The position numbers were made by a program, and so were the translations under genes. Below, in pieces: positions 51,490 through 64,000 of a stretch of DNA of 64,000 nucleotides. The stretch covers positions 77,500,001 to 77,564,000 of the forward strand of contig OX597816.1 of NCBI GenBank assembly GCA_951406725.2, written 5' to 3'. Below the pieces are notes generated by a model. It was given only the letters and a program-made list of their open reading frames with translations, was not told the DNA's origin and did no database searches. Source of the stretch: Octopus vulgaris. Taxonomy: Eukaryota. Positions within the stretch are counted from its first letter, which is position 1; each line of letters begins with the position of its first letter.

Positions 51490-53552
51490 TATAGTCCAAC
51501 TATACCAATACGCCTTCCTTGTTAATACATCTTTCTTTTAGGAATTTGTGCCATTCTGATTACAGGTGTGTGTTTGTGTGATTTATCTCGGGTTGTACTT
51601 AACTTTTTGTTAAAATATTGGTTTTGATCTTACATCTTTGAATTCAAGTTAAGTAACTATGTAGATGTTTTGATTCTTGTTTCTTAAAGGTACATCTAAG
51701 AAAGAAACTGTTTCTATACTTATTGAAGTTGACTGGTAACAAGTTTTGCACCTGTAGCATACTTAATTAATACTTGTCTGTATTTTATTGAAATACAAAC
51801 ACTGAAGACTTCTCAGAGGGAACCTAACAATCAATAATAATCATTCAATATTTAGTGTGAACTTGAGGAAAAGTGCACATTAAATGTGAAAATGGCTCAA
51901 TATCAAAATTATTGTTTGATGCATATGCTAAATATAGCTTTTAGTTTTGTCATGAAAATAGATAAATCAAGCTGACAGATACAATAAGTTGAAGCAGTAT
52001 TTTAGTTGATTTCAGTTCCTTGGAAGAGGAAATGTGATGTGGTCAAGTGGATAAAGTATTGAATTGTCAGTTTGTAGGTCATCAGTATTTCTAAGAAAAG
52101 GCCATTATTCTTCAATACCTCAGAATTTTTATTCTACTTCTGCTCTTGGATGTATGAAACCTGATGGTTTGGGGGTAGACTTCTTATTCCACTTCATGTC
52201 ATATAACTGGAGCCATTTTCCAGCTCTTGTAAGCACAGAGATGATTGTTTTAGCAGATGGTGGAGACAATAAGGAGAGAGGTAATTTTCTGCAGACCTGT
52301 CTGAACCAAGCCTGATGTACAATTGTGGTAGAGAAGATGAACAACGAGGGTTTTACTCTTATTAAACTTGAGACTTTTGTTTTTGATTATATTTAACTAC
52401 AATTTATAGAAAATTGAACATGAAATACAGAAGCAAATGAAGTGGGAAATACTCATATGAGTAAGCTTGTGCTTCTGATGTTGATCTTGACATGAAAATG
52501 AAAACAACCTAATATTGATTCTCATAATAGATCAAACTTGCTACATGTTCTATTTTAGCTATAACAACATTGGGATAGTACCAGCTCCTGTCTCTTCCTC
52601 AGCCATTATAGCCATAGTCACATACATATACTACTTTACATATAGTTTATCAATTCCTTGTTATTGTTGCCTGGAAATGTTGCAGTCTTTTGTTTATTCA
52701 TTATTGAGAGGTTTCTTCTTGTGTTTCGTAGTCATAGTCAATACACTGCCTATTTCACATCATATGTAATTCCTGGTTGTTGAAGAATGATTGTTTACAT
52801 TATTTGGTGCAGTACGTAACTACTGTAGAGTAGCTAATGATTATACATTAATTCTGCCTGCAGTTTCAGTGATGAATATCATTGACTTTTGAGGCATAAT
52901 CTTTATTTTTTTTTTTATGTCCTAATACTAAAGTTGGCTAGCAGCTCTTACAGATAAAAGTAGATCCAGTTATGCTTTTGTTGATATTGTTTTTCCTGTT
53001 TTAGAGTTTATACAGCTCTTGGTTTGAATTGAAATAACTAATACAATTTGATCTGTTTTCTATATTCATTCTGGATGGGGACTGAAATAATAATCCACAT
53101 TTCTATCTTGAAGTCTGTTTAAATTCGGCAACTTGTTTTTTTCCTCTTCCTGTCCTTAACCTTAATTTTTTTCATTGGTAAATTTATTAATCACATGTAC
53201 ATGTCCTTACCTTAACATACTCAAAGAGTGAAGAAAGCTGGTGTCAGGGTTATCAATAAGGTCGTCTGCAAGATCTGGTTATCAACAATGTTTTTGTGCA
53301 AGCATTCTTTCTTTATTTCTCCGTTAGAGTCCATTGTTATATTTTGAAAATTGTTCAGTTATACAACACAGAAAGAACCTATTCTTGTGAATTGATATTA
53401 TTATCTTCTTATGTTAGAATATTGAAAATATAATCAGATTCATGTCCACACAAAACATCACTAGCCTACCAGTTCTTGTGACTATTAACAGAATTTGCTA
53501 TGCTACTTTGAGTACTATTATTGTAGCAAAGGATAAGGCTGCTGCTGCTGCT

Positions 53553-53571
53553 ATTATTATCATCATCATCA

Positions 53572-53617
<46 letters not shown>

Positions 53618-53633
53618 GATTATTATTATTATC

Positions 53634-53666
<33 letters not shown>

Positions 53667-53699
53667 GTTATCGTTATTATTATTATTATTATTATTATT
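53553..53699. repeat. (ATT/ATC)n microsatellite
   Basis: Direct inspection. Confidence 0.95.
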
Positions 53700-54329
53700 G
53701 AGTGAGAGAGCAGTGCATACCATCAAAGTGATACTGGGGTAAAATATACGAAGCCCAGTATACCCATCATGACTACCCGTCTGATAAAGGTACACTAGGC
53801 ACATGCATCACAACCATATGTGCGCGACATGGTGATCTCATATCAAAATAAACAGCACATGACCTTGCAGGTGGGGCCCAGTTAGAATTTTCTTCAGGTC
53901 GAGTAACCCATCCCACTCGAAAGGTCCCTGAATAAGGGTTGTTTAAGGATGTTGAACGAAACATCCATGTTTCCAGAGGTGAATTATTCAAACCCCAAAG
54001 AATCCCTCTCAACACATGGCTATGATGCTCCCCCACTACTTCTGCTCGTGATCAGAGATGCACATATTGTCATCCACTAAGGGACATGCTCAACTGGTTA
54101 AAGTCAAACAACTTACAAGCAAATCTGTGGTATTGAGCAGAATATTTGCTGTAGCCCATCTTTTATACCAAGACAAAACAATGTACATGATAACACTTCC
54201 AATCAGTTAAGATCAGAAGCCATGAGAGCCACTGCCTGGTACTGCATCAGGGCATAGGTACTGCATCAGGGCATAGGTACTGCATCAGGGCATAGGTACT
54301 GCATCAGGGCATCATTGGTACTGCATCAG
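53700..54329 (-). mobile_element. (AAT)n-associated non-coding retroposon, longer copy with reiterated 5' end
   Basis: ~560-bp body shared with 7786-8248; 19-bp unit GGTACTGCATCAGGGCATA repeated about 4.7 times at 54238-54329; embedded in (ATT)n. Confidence 0.8.
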
Positions 54330-54348
54330 TATTATTATTATTATTATT

Positions 54349-54401
<53 letters not shown>

Positions 54402-54681
54402 TATTATTATTATTATTATTATTATCGTTATTAATATTATTATTATCGTTATTATTATTATTATTATTATCGTTATTATTATTATTATTCTCGTTATTAT
54501 TATTATTATTATCGTTATTATTATTATTATCGTTATTGTTGTTATTATTATCGTTATTGTTATTGTTATTATTATCGTTATTGTTGTTATTATCGTTATT
54601 GTTGTTATTATTATTATCGTTATTGTTATTATTATTATTATTATTATTGTTATTGTTATTATTATTATTATTATTATTATC

Positions 54682-54734
<53 letters not shown>

Positions 54735-54790
54735 CATTATTATTATCATTATTATTATTATCATCATCATCATCATCATCATTATTATTT
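54330..54790. repeat. Long compound (ATT/ATC/GTT)n microsatellite
   Basis: Direct inspection; source of the poly-N, poly-I and poly-L ORFs. Confidence 0.95.
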
Positions 54791-57271
54791 GAGCTGTTCT
54801 GATTGTAAACACCACCATTATGTACATTTTCATCAGTTTTCATAATTTTTTCTGACAATATTTGGAATTTTTATTGTTATACGTCTAAGACATTCCCAGA
54901 AAAAGAAAGTTTATTTTGTATATCTCTTAATTAGGAAAGGTGGTGGTTGTGGCATAGTTACTTTTACCTTTTGTCTGCAGTCAATGGACAGATATTTTTA
55001 TTTAAAAAATGTTAAATCTAAGTTTTGAAGAGGGAGGAGCACTGGTAACAGTAATGCTAAAGCAATTGTCTATATTTCAAATTTTGCTTGTTAATATGAA
55101 AAATTGATTTTTATTCTAAGAGTTTTTGGACAAATAAAATAATAACTGTATAGATGTGAACTCTGACAACACTAGTATAACTGGTGCAACACAGCAGTGA
55201 AGTTGAAAATGACACTAGTATAAATAACAATGGTAACAACAACAATAAATACAACAGTAAAAACAACTCCAACAATAGTAATAACAAGATGTAAAATTGA
55301 ACAAGATCATTATAAAATAGATATGGGTTAGTGAAACATCAGAGCTATGATAGCTTGGGGAACAATTCTGAGCATTGGTGAGAGCAGTCTGAAAAGTTTC
55401 TCCTGGAGGAGTTTCTGTTTCAGTATTATGAATGGCTTCTAAAAGTTCTCGGCAAGTGCTACTGAGTGTTGTTGTCATTCTGTGATAAATTCTTTTGGTT
55501 CAACTGTTGATTAATCCTGTCTGAGATGCAGGATGACAAAGCCATTCTGCTTGCATTTGTTTCTGCTATTTGCACATTACTAATGTATGGAATTACAGTA
55601 AACACTCATTATTGTCTCTAGCACTGATTTAGCTTTCTGTCTAGTGCATCATAAAGAATGCTTCACTATCTTGCTTTAAGAAGGGCTGCCAGTTTTCCTT
55701 TATCTAGTGGCTCTGGCAAAAGAGATTGTGTGGTGGATAAGACTGTGAAGACCGAAAACTGTCACCAACATGTTTTCAACAACCAATTTGAAAAGGAATG
55801 TGTGAGCAGAGAGAGAAGTGCCACCCTCTAGCAAATTTGCTGAAAAGCAAGTGTGAGTGGCAACCATTTGTGTGGTTGGATGGTTCCAGTGCTCAAGGGA
55901 GATTTAAGGATTTGTGGAGATGTTCTATTTTGTCCTAAGTGATTGTTTCCATTTGGCACATTATACATTTTACATATTTTGATCTTTTTAATATATATAT
56001 ATTTTTTCTTTTCAATACACACACACACACACATACACATGTTATGAACCCCCATTGGACTTACATATCATTTTGTTTGTGTATCCAAAGATGATGGGTC
56101 GAAGAATCTGTAGAGGGTTGGACAAAAATGTCTTGTACATTTCTTCATATTCTCAGTTCAGATCTCTCTGGGGTAGACTTTCATGCTTCCTCAGTCCATG
56201 AAATTCACTACAGTCTATGAGCCAAATGTGTAGCCATGTAACTATATTAGGAATCATTAAATTGACTGCATTCTTACTCAAAAATTTATGGCCAGTGTTA
56301 GAAAGTATAGACTGTATAAATTCTGACAACATAGTTGATTTCTTGGTAAAATATTGTCGTAGGATTTATAAGTCTTGAGACTAAAATGAGTATTTTGGTA
56401 GACTAGTAATACGAGATTGGTGTGCCAGTCCTAGTAGTACAAGAATGTATTGTTGCAACATTTTTACAACTGAATAATAATCAGTTGATAAGTCTTGCAT
56501 TAATTTTCTATGTCAGTTTGATTATGTTATGCTGCTTGCAGAAATTCCTTCTTCAGTTGTCTATTCAATGTCAATTTTCCACTAAGGCCTAACTTGAAGA
56601 AAATAAATTGATTTAACTTTTACTATAGTTATTATCATACTGCATAGCTATCAAATCAATATTTGATTGTTATACAGTGTAATACTTCCAATACATCTCA
56701 GTTCATAAATTAACTTCTTCCAGGATTCAATGTTGTTATTCATTCCTGTAAGGTTGATAAAATAAAACAGTAATAATATGCTTGGGTCAGTCATTTCTGT
56801 CAAATATTAGCTGTACTTGTTGCTTTCAATAGTTGACTGAGCACCTAATCGTAACTTGGCTGAGCAACTAAGACACAACATTTAACTTGTAATGTGGTTT
56901 TTAGAATAGGCACACTATACTCTTACAAGTCATAAGAGATAACTAAAACAAATGGTATCAAGAAAGACATCCAGCTATAATTCATTATCTCAGAAAGTCC
57001 CCTCTAACTCTTGCTACCATGGAAAATTAAATGTAAAGTAATTGTGGAGAACATTTTTTTAGGTATGGATTATATGTGGAACAAATGAAAGTGAACAAGA
57101 ATGTGGGATATTTTGAACAAGTTGAGATGTCATCTGTTGGTGGACATAGCACCTTTGTAAAAAACAGTCAAAAAGTAGTTTTTAGAACACCTGGAAACAG
57201 AATATTAATTCTGAGGATGTTATAATGTAAAATAGAAGGAAATAAGTGATTATATTCTGGATAGAGTATGT

Positions 57272-57485
57272 TGTTGTTAACTGGTAGAATTTTAGAGCAT
57301 TGGTAAAATACTTTGCAGCATTTGTTCTGGCTCTTTATGTTCTGAGTTCAAATCTCACCAAGGTCAACTTTGCCTTTCACCCTTTTGGCATTGATAAAAT
57401 AAAGTACCAGTCTAATATGGGTCAAATGCAACCAACTAGCATCTCTCTCTAAAATTACTGGCCCTGTGCCAAAATTTGAAACAAG
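57272..57485 (+). mobile_element. SINE family B
   Basis: TTCTGAGTTCAAATCTCACCAAGGTCAACTTTGCCTTTCACCCTTTTGG...AAAGTACCAGT. Confidence 0.8.
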
Positions 57486-57708
57486 TATTTTGTGGTGTGT
57501 GTGTGAGTGTGTGTGTAAAAAATTTATAAAAAAATATAAGCAATTTCCAGATTGGTTTCATTATATTTCAAAAGGCTTCTTTAATGCTCTTTGCCACACA
57601 TATAACACAGTGCCAATGGCAGGATGTGAACTAATGACCATTTAACAGGCAGTTTGATACACTTTTAATCTAGACAGCTACGGTTATGAACTCCCTTTAA
57701 ACATCCAA

Positions 57709-57928
57709 CCCTTTTGTTACTAACCCGGCCAAAACCGGTTCTGGCTCTGTGGTAAAATGTCTTGTTTTCATAAGTTTTGAATTAAAATATTCCACCAAGC
57801 CTTAGTCACAATTTACGTTCCTAACACTAGATTAATGATAACTAAGTTATTTTACTAAATTCTTTGTTATTTTAAAAATAATTGAAAGAAACACAGAGCA
57901 TCTCAAAATAAATACAGTAACAAAAGGG
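57709..57928. mobile_element. piggyBac-type MITE, family 2 (inverted relative to 33607)
   Basis: CCCTTTTGTTAC ... GTAACAAAAGGG|TTAA. Confidence 0.85.
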
Positions 57929-59131
57929 TTAATGTTTCATTATATATTTTTTCTTTATATTATATTACATCCTTTTCTCTTCTATGGGTGGGATTGTTTG
58001 GCAAATTTAGCTAATGTATTTTTATCTGGATACCCTTTAAACAGTAAAATTATTAACCATCCATTCTAAAATATCAGCAGCAGCTATGTTTTTTTAGGAT
58101 CAAGATACGTTAAATAATGTTGCTTGTTTTATGGATTGCAACTCAGCGGGTGTAATAATTTTTGTAATAATCATTGTGCCAGTATCCTTATGACTCATAC
58201 AGATATATCCTTAAATTTTGGCCTAAGATAAATTTCTAATAAAAATTCATCTGAAAAAAATTCTCATCCTCACAATATTATAGTAATGTCTTGTTTGCCA
58301 AATGTTTTTAAAATAAACATTTTTATTTGTATATTTTCATTGTTTTTCTGTAATAAATCAAAGTAGTTGTTATAGGCTGCAACCTAATGGGGCTACCAGA
58401 TTATTGCGTTTCACTGAGTTCACTGTTTTTAAATATTAACTTTAGGGAATGTTTAAGGTTTGTTGCACAAACCATTTATTTCTATTTAATACCAGAGTTT
58501 AGGTTCACTGGATTAGAGGAATAAGTTTAATGAGTAAATTTGAGTAAAGATAATAGAGATAGTGTTACAAAAGTGCAAATAATGAAACAAAGAAGAGAGT
58601 GAGCAAGGGGTTGGATATTCCTGTTCTTTAAATAGTGTAAGAGGATATTTTGTTTTAGAAAAGTCTTACAATTCCAGGCACTTTTATTTTAATTTTGATT
58701 ATATTTGGAAAAAAAAAAACAAAAGACCAACTGCAAATAATTTGCTAGAAGTATTTTCCAAGAAAGAATTATGTGAAAGGAAAAATCAATATGTTGTCAT
58801 GCATGCATGCAATGAGGTACACACATACACATGCATGCATATACATGCTATCTGTATTGTTTTCATTAAGAGTAATTTGAGAAAAGGAAAGCACCCTCAC
58901 TGATCCATTGTTTACCATTTTGCTGTGTAATGAGGTTTTTAAGCCTGCACTGTCATTCATTGACATGTCCATTAGAAATTACTCATGTTGTGGCAGGCTG
59001 AACTGAGAAACTTTTCCAGGGAGAGAGAGAGAGTAAATAAAAAATAATATAAAGTGTTAGTTTATTCAAATTTGATTTCTATGATAATCAGTTATTTATT
59101 TTACTCAGTGCTAAAGTATCTTATGCATTAA

Positions 59132-59352
59132 CCCTTTAGTGTTCGCATTATTCTGCCAAAATTAATGCTTCTTCATCTACATTGTTTTGAATTAATCATG
59201 CATTATCTTGTAGTGATGAGATTTTGATGAGGTAGCTGTTAATTTTTAAAACAATATTGTAGGGTTGGTGTGAGAGACCAGATCTGGCCAGTTTGAACAT
59301 AAAACAGGCAGAATATTTTTGGCTGGATATGGCCGGTTTAAATGCTAAAGGA
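59132..59352. mobile_element. piggyBac-type MITE, family 1
   Basis: TTAA|CCCTTTAGTGTT ... AATGCTAAAGGA|TTAA; colinear with 32271-32491. Confidence 0.85.
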
Positions 59353-60156
59353 TTAAACCTTAAAAAATCACAAGAATAAGTATTTACTTCCTCCCCCTAT
59401 AAATGGAGTAAAACTGAGTCAGCTGTTTGATCTTTTGTACGTGGCAAGATGATCAACTTCAAGGAAGAAAGAAATGGAAGTTGTGGTGTTTAGCCCCTTC
59501 CCTGGAATATTTGTTGTGTAAATGAAGAGAAATAACTCCAACCTAGATTTGAAATTGACTTCCCTGCAAGTACATGTCTCAGTTTTACTCCATTTACAGG
59601 GGAAGCACCAAGTAACATAATGGTTACTCATATCTTAGCGATATTTCATTGAGTGAAATAAATAATTGATTGTCAACAATAGTGATATACTGTGCTTGAG
59701 AAGGCCTGTCAAGCCAAGTGAGATCATAGTCATGGCCGATGCTGGTGTTACATAACTTGTATACATGCTGGTGGCATATGAAAAGCATCCACTACACTCT
59801 TGGAGTGGTTAGTGTTAGGAAGGGCCAAATCAGGTTGGAACCTGGTGCAGCTCCCCAGCTTTCAGTCAAACCTCTTACTGCTACCAAAGGGATGTAATAT
59901 TTCTAAAGTTTTCATTCATCTTTATCTAATCATAATATATCCACTGTAATTTACATATTAGTTTTAATTAGTACCATATTATTGTAGAGTGTATAATTGT
60001 AGAAAGTTTAGCTTGTGACCATTTGGCTCAGAGCCCACTACCACTGTATGACACTTTGGGCAAGTAGCTTCCACTGTAGCCTTGTGAGAGAGACATTTGG
60101 CAAGTGGACACTGCAGAAGTCCATAATGTATGTGTGAGCATGTGCGTGCTTGCATG

Positions 60157-60159
<3 letters not shown>

Positions 60160-60193
<34 letters not shown>

Positions 60194-60206
60194 GCACGCA
60201 CGCACG

Positions 60207-60240
<34 letters not shown>
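60160..60240. repeat. (CA)n/(CGCA)n microsatellite
   Basis: Direct inspection. Confidence 0.95.
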
Positions 60241-60421
60241 AGTGTGGCTGTGTGGTTAAGAAATTTGTGAGAGTGTGAAAGGAGAGTGGGAGATAATGAG
60301 GAAAAGAATTTAGTGTAAACACAGGTGGAGTGGGGTGTTAGGAAGATGAGTTATGGGGGAGAGATCTGTCAGTGACAGATTGTATGCTGATAAGTTCCTG
60401 TAAGTTCATTATGGTGTAAAA

Positions 60422-60423
<2 letters not shown>

Positions 60424-60500
<77 letters not shown>

Positions 60501-60507
60501 ACCTACA

Positions 60508-60541
<34 letters not shown>
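60424..60541. repeat. Interrupted (TA)n microsatellite
   Basis: Direct inspection. Confidence 0.95.
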
Positions 60542-60545
<4 letters not shown>

Positions 60546-60814
60546 CGCATACACACATACTCATGTGTGGGTGTATGTTTGTCCTCACACTGCTTTACTA
60601 CCAGTGTTGTTATAATGGTTCAGCAAAAGACACTTATAGACCAGACATAAAAAGCAATAAGTAACAGTGCAATGACTGAAACAAGTAAGAAGACAAAAAC
60701 AGAAACTAATGTCATTTTTCTTCTTCATTCTTGTGTTGCCTATTGGAGTCCATGAAATAAATAGCAAGTACATAAATTCCCTATAAATCATGGTCATGTG
60801 CCACTGGAAAATTG

Positions 60815-61595
60815 TTAGGGTACATACAAGTAGGGGTTCACCAAGGATCGGTCCTCAGCCCCCTCTTGTTCATCATAGTCCTCCAGGAAATAACAGGAAT
60901 TTTCAAGACAGATTGCCCCTGGGAGCTCCTCTATGCTGATGACTTTGTTCTTATAGCTGAATCACTACCAGAACTAGAGAAGTTTCAGGTATGGAAGCAA
61001 GGTCTAGAATCGAATGGCCTTAGATTTAACATTAGCAAAATAAGCCTTAGTAAGTAGAAAGGTAGACAAATCACATATCCCTTCAGGTAGATGGCCCTGC
61101 TCGATCTGTAGAAAAGATGTAGGTAGAAACTTCATAAGATGTACCTGGTGTAAGCTATGGACACATAAGGGGGTGCAGCAATGTCAGAGCAAGGTTAACA
61201 AGGAAAATAGCTTTTGTGTGTGGAAGATGCTGGGCAAAGTTCAGAGAGCTCTTATCTCTGCTGGCAACAAAGGGCCTCTCCCTCAGAGTGAAAGGAGGAT
61301 TGTATGATTCCTGTGTGCAAACAGCTATGCTACACAATAGTGGAACATGGGCTGTTACAGCTGAGTGCATGTGTAGGCTTGAAAGCAATGAAGTCAGTAT
61401 GCTTCACTGGGTGTGCAATGTCAGTGTGCATGTTTGACAGTGTAAGCGTTTTGAGAGGAAGGTTTGGCATAAGAGGCATCGGATGTGGTATTCAAGAGAG
61501 ACAATTGTGCTGGTATGGTCGTGTGATACATATGGACAAGGGCAGCTGTGTAAAGAAGTGCCGATCTCTAACTGTGGAGGGAAACTGTGGTAGAA
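60815..61595 (+). mobile_element. RTE LINE ORF2 fragment (RT core), internally deleted
   Basis: VGVHQGSVLSPLLFIIV...WELLYADD; jumps from CGRC to WAKFREL near 61228 relative to the copy at 9366-9800. Confidence 0.9.
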
Positions 61596-62654
61596 ATGAG
61601 ATTTTGACTAAATACAGTTGATCCAATATAAAAATCCTCAAAATATAACTGTTGCATGAATTTGGATGAAATTTCTGATACATTAGTGTACATTGTGAAT
61701 GTGGCTTTTACATGTGTTGCTTTCGTTAGCCAATGTAGGTTGAATACAGTTAAGTCGATTACAGAGAGAGAGATAGAGACAGAGATATATTGATCCTGAA
61801 TTATTGATTTCCTGTCCCAGAGCTGAAATTTTGCTCTAGTTAATCTGTGTAACTTGGAAGTTCAATTCCCATCAGGGGTGAGAGAGAAAGATCCACGATG
61901 TACTTTTAACCCCTCCATTCAAAGGTTTTTAAGGTTCAGCAAATTAGTGTTATTTAGAATATGTCTCCCCACCCCCATAAAACTACTAGTATGCAGAGAC
62001 ATTTAAAAAGAATCAGCAAATTAAAATTTTCGTTCATTCATACCATTGATGCAATATCAACTAGATGACACTCATGTTCTGAATTGATAAATCCAACATT
62101 ACTTAGATGAAGTATCATTCTAATTATTTTATCCATAATATCACCCTAATTATTTTATCCAAGTTCAAACACTCTCTAATTAAGTCATTAGTATATGAAT
62201 AATTAACAAATAATATCACTAAGTTATAACATGACTGCCTGTAGTATTAAATGCCATTATGTTCAATAACCAATGGGAGAAAAATTCAGAGAAAAACACA
62301 CGCATGCACATATACACACAGTGCAAGCAGGAAATCTTTTGAAAGGAAGTTCTTTCTAAAATAACGATAAATATTGTTTCTTGTTTAGAAGAATACTTAG
62401 TTCCAGTTTTTGACTCCAAACAACAACACTGTTTGAAGTGGTTTCAGATTTGGCAGCTCTATACCTACACAAGTGTCTGGATGATCAAGACAATAAGGGA
62501 CTGGATAACAATCTAAATGGTTTGTCAGTGGCAAAGATTTTTAACTCTACAACCAAGCTGACATAGCTCTAAGTAGATAGCACTTGGTGATATAGTTTAT
62601 TCCTGTAAACGGACTCAGCACTATAAAACTGCTGACCATTTTGTTTGCTTAGTG

Positions 62655-62925
62655 ACACTCTACTGGTAATGGCAATGAGGTTCCAGTTGATTCGACCAAC
62701 AGAACAACCAGCTTCTGAAATTAATGTCTGAGTAGCTGAGCACTCTTTAAACATACTTACCCTAAAAGTTGTTCTCAAGGCGATTCAGCATAATACAGAA
62801 TGCGATGAGGCTGGCCCTTTGAATTACAGGTACAGCTCACTTTTGGTAGCTGAGTAGACAGAAACAGTGTGAAATAAAGTGTCTTGCTCAAGGACACAAT
62901 GCACTGCTGGGTATTGAATGCTCTA
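62655..62925 (-). mobile_element. OR2-like CORE SINE (head truncated)
   Basis: GAGGTTCCAGTTGAT...GGCTGGCCCTTTGAATTACAGGTAC...AAATAAAGTGTCTTGCTCAAGGACACAATGC, as at 20690-20925. Confidence 0.75.
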
Positions 62926-62946
62926 CTTCCTTTACACAGTCTTTGA

Positions 62947-63001
<55 letters not shown>

Positions 63002-63174
63002 TACTTTTCTATGCTTGCAAGGGCCAGATTAAATTTGGTTTGGGGTTGAACCCCACTGCATGGCACCTTAGGCAAGTGTCCTCTGTTATAGCCCCTGGTT
63101 GTCCTGTGCCTTATTTGTCTGTGAATTTGGTAGACAGAAACTGTGTGGAGGCCATTTGTGTGTGTGCGTGTAAT

Positions 63175-64000
63175 CATCAATTAACATCTGTTTTCCATGC
63201 TTGCACAGTGTGAAATGAGCTGGCAAGGCTGGGAGTCATATCAGGCCCCATTATCTGTTTTGGCATGATTTCTACAGCTGGATACCCTTCCTAATGCCAA
63301 CCAATTTACAGAGTATACTTGATGCTTTTTACATTGCACCAGCACAGGTACTTTTTATATGGCATAAGCACAAGTGCCAGCACTCGCTGGATCACCAAGT
63401 TCCTTGCAAGAATGAGAAAGAAAACGAAAAGAGCAAAAACCTCTCAACTGGAGTAGGGAGTAATTTTGGTAACAGTTGAGAAATTAAAGGTATAGGTGCC
63501 CTGCTGTAGATACATAAATACTCCAGTTGCAAAAGAAAGAGGAGTAAGGATAGGATAAGGAAAGCAATAGTGAGAGAGATATGGTGAAAATGTGTTGGGA
63601 TGTGCTCTTAGGGGACTGTGGGTGGTGAGAATAGGTGAAGTGATACAAGTTTGGATTGGAGTGAGTGGGCAGAATAGAGGTGAGTATAGCAAATGATGGA
63701 AAGAAACCTAGGAGAGGCTTGGGGACAGGGGTTTGCAGTTGACATGGTGAGGTGGATGGTAGTAGATATGTGAGGTCATTGTGGGTGATCACAGATAAGG
63801 GAGGTGTTAATGATGGAGACCAGGCAGGGAGGAGGATAGAAGGTACAGAAAGTTGACTGGTGGAGATAGGAGGCAGAGGAAAATAACAGAAGTGGAAGTG
63901 GTTTGGGATGGGGAAGAAAGGTAATTGAGAAAGCTGGGTAGAATGCATGTGCCAATTCTGCTCTCAGTTGATAGAAAAATGATGAGTGTTAGGGTGTGAA
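63175..64000 (-). mobile_element. Older RTE 3' tail plus polypyrimidine UTR
   Basis: Reverse-complement RTE tail at 63175-63350 followed by a G/A-rich tract like 3240-4120. Confidence 0.6.

Noticed and set aside
54304-54858. Long poly-N, poly-I and poly-L ORFs (also 53442-53804)
   Set aside because: They are translations of stop-free trinucleotide microsatellites, not genes.

Overview
AT-rich, repeat-dense eukaryotic DNA that looks like an octopus (cephalopod) genome, judged from its RTE-LINE 3' tails and tRNA-derived SINE types; the species assignment is inference. I found no intact protein-coding gene. The ORF track consists of transposon remnants and microsatellite artefacts. The window holds RTE LINE fragments on both strands, at least four SINE families, a Tc1/mariner remnant, a Buster-type hAT remnant with a Gypsy remnant nested inside, a separate internally deleted Mag-like Gypsy element (LTRs, PBS, PPT), piggyBac-type MITEs, Helitrons, Penelope-like pieces and many microsatellites. 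A CpG-retaining domain at about 23.3-27.9 kb probably marks an unmethylated promoter or intergenic region. The most unusual signals are: (i) a palindromic pair of minimal hammerhead-ribozyme-like motifs with a compensatory G3-C8 core swap (8373-8470); (ii) a ~560-nt non-coding, highly structured retroposon found only in (AAT)n tracts; (iii) several local foldback duplications, including a 115-bp inverted repeat inside a four-level transposon nest. All alignments were done by eye and boundaries of degraded repeats are approximate.
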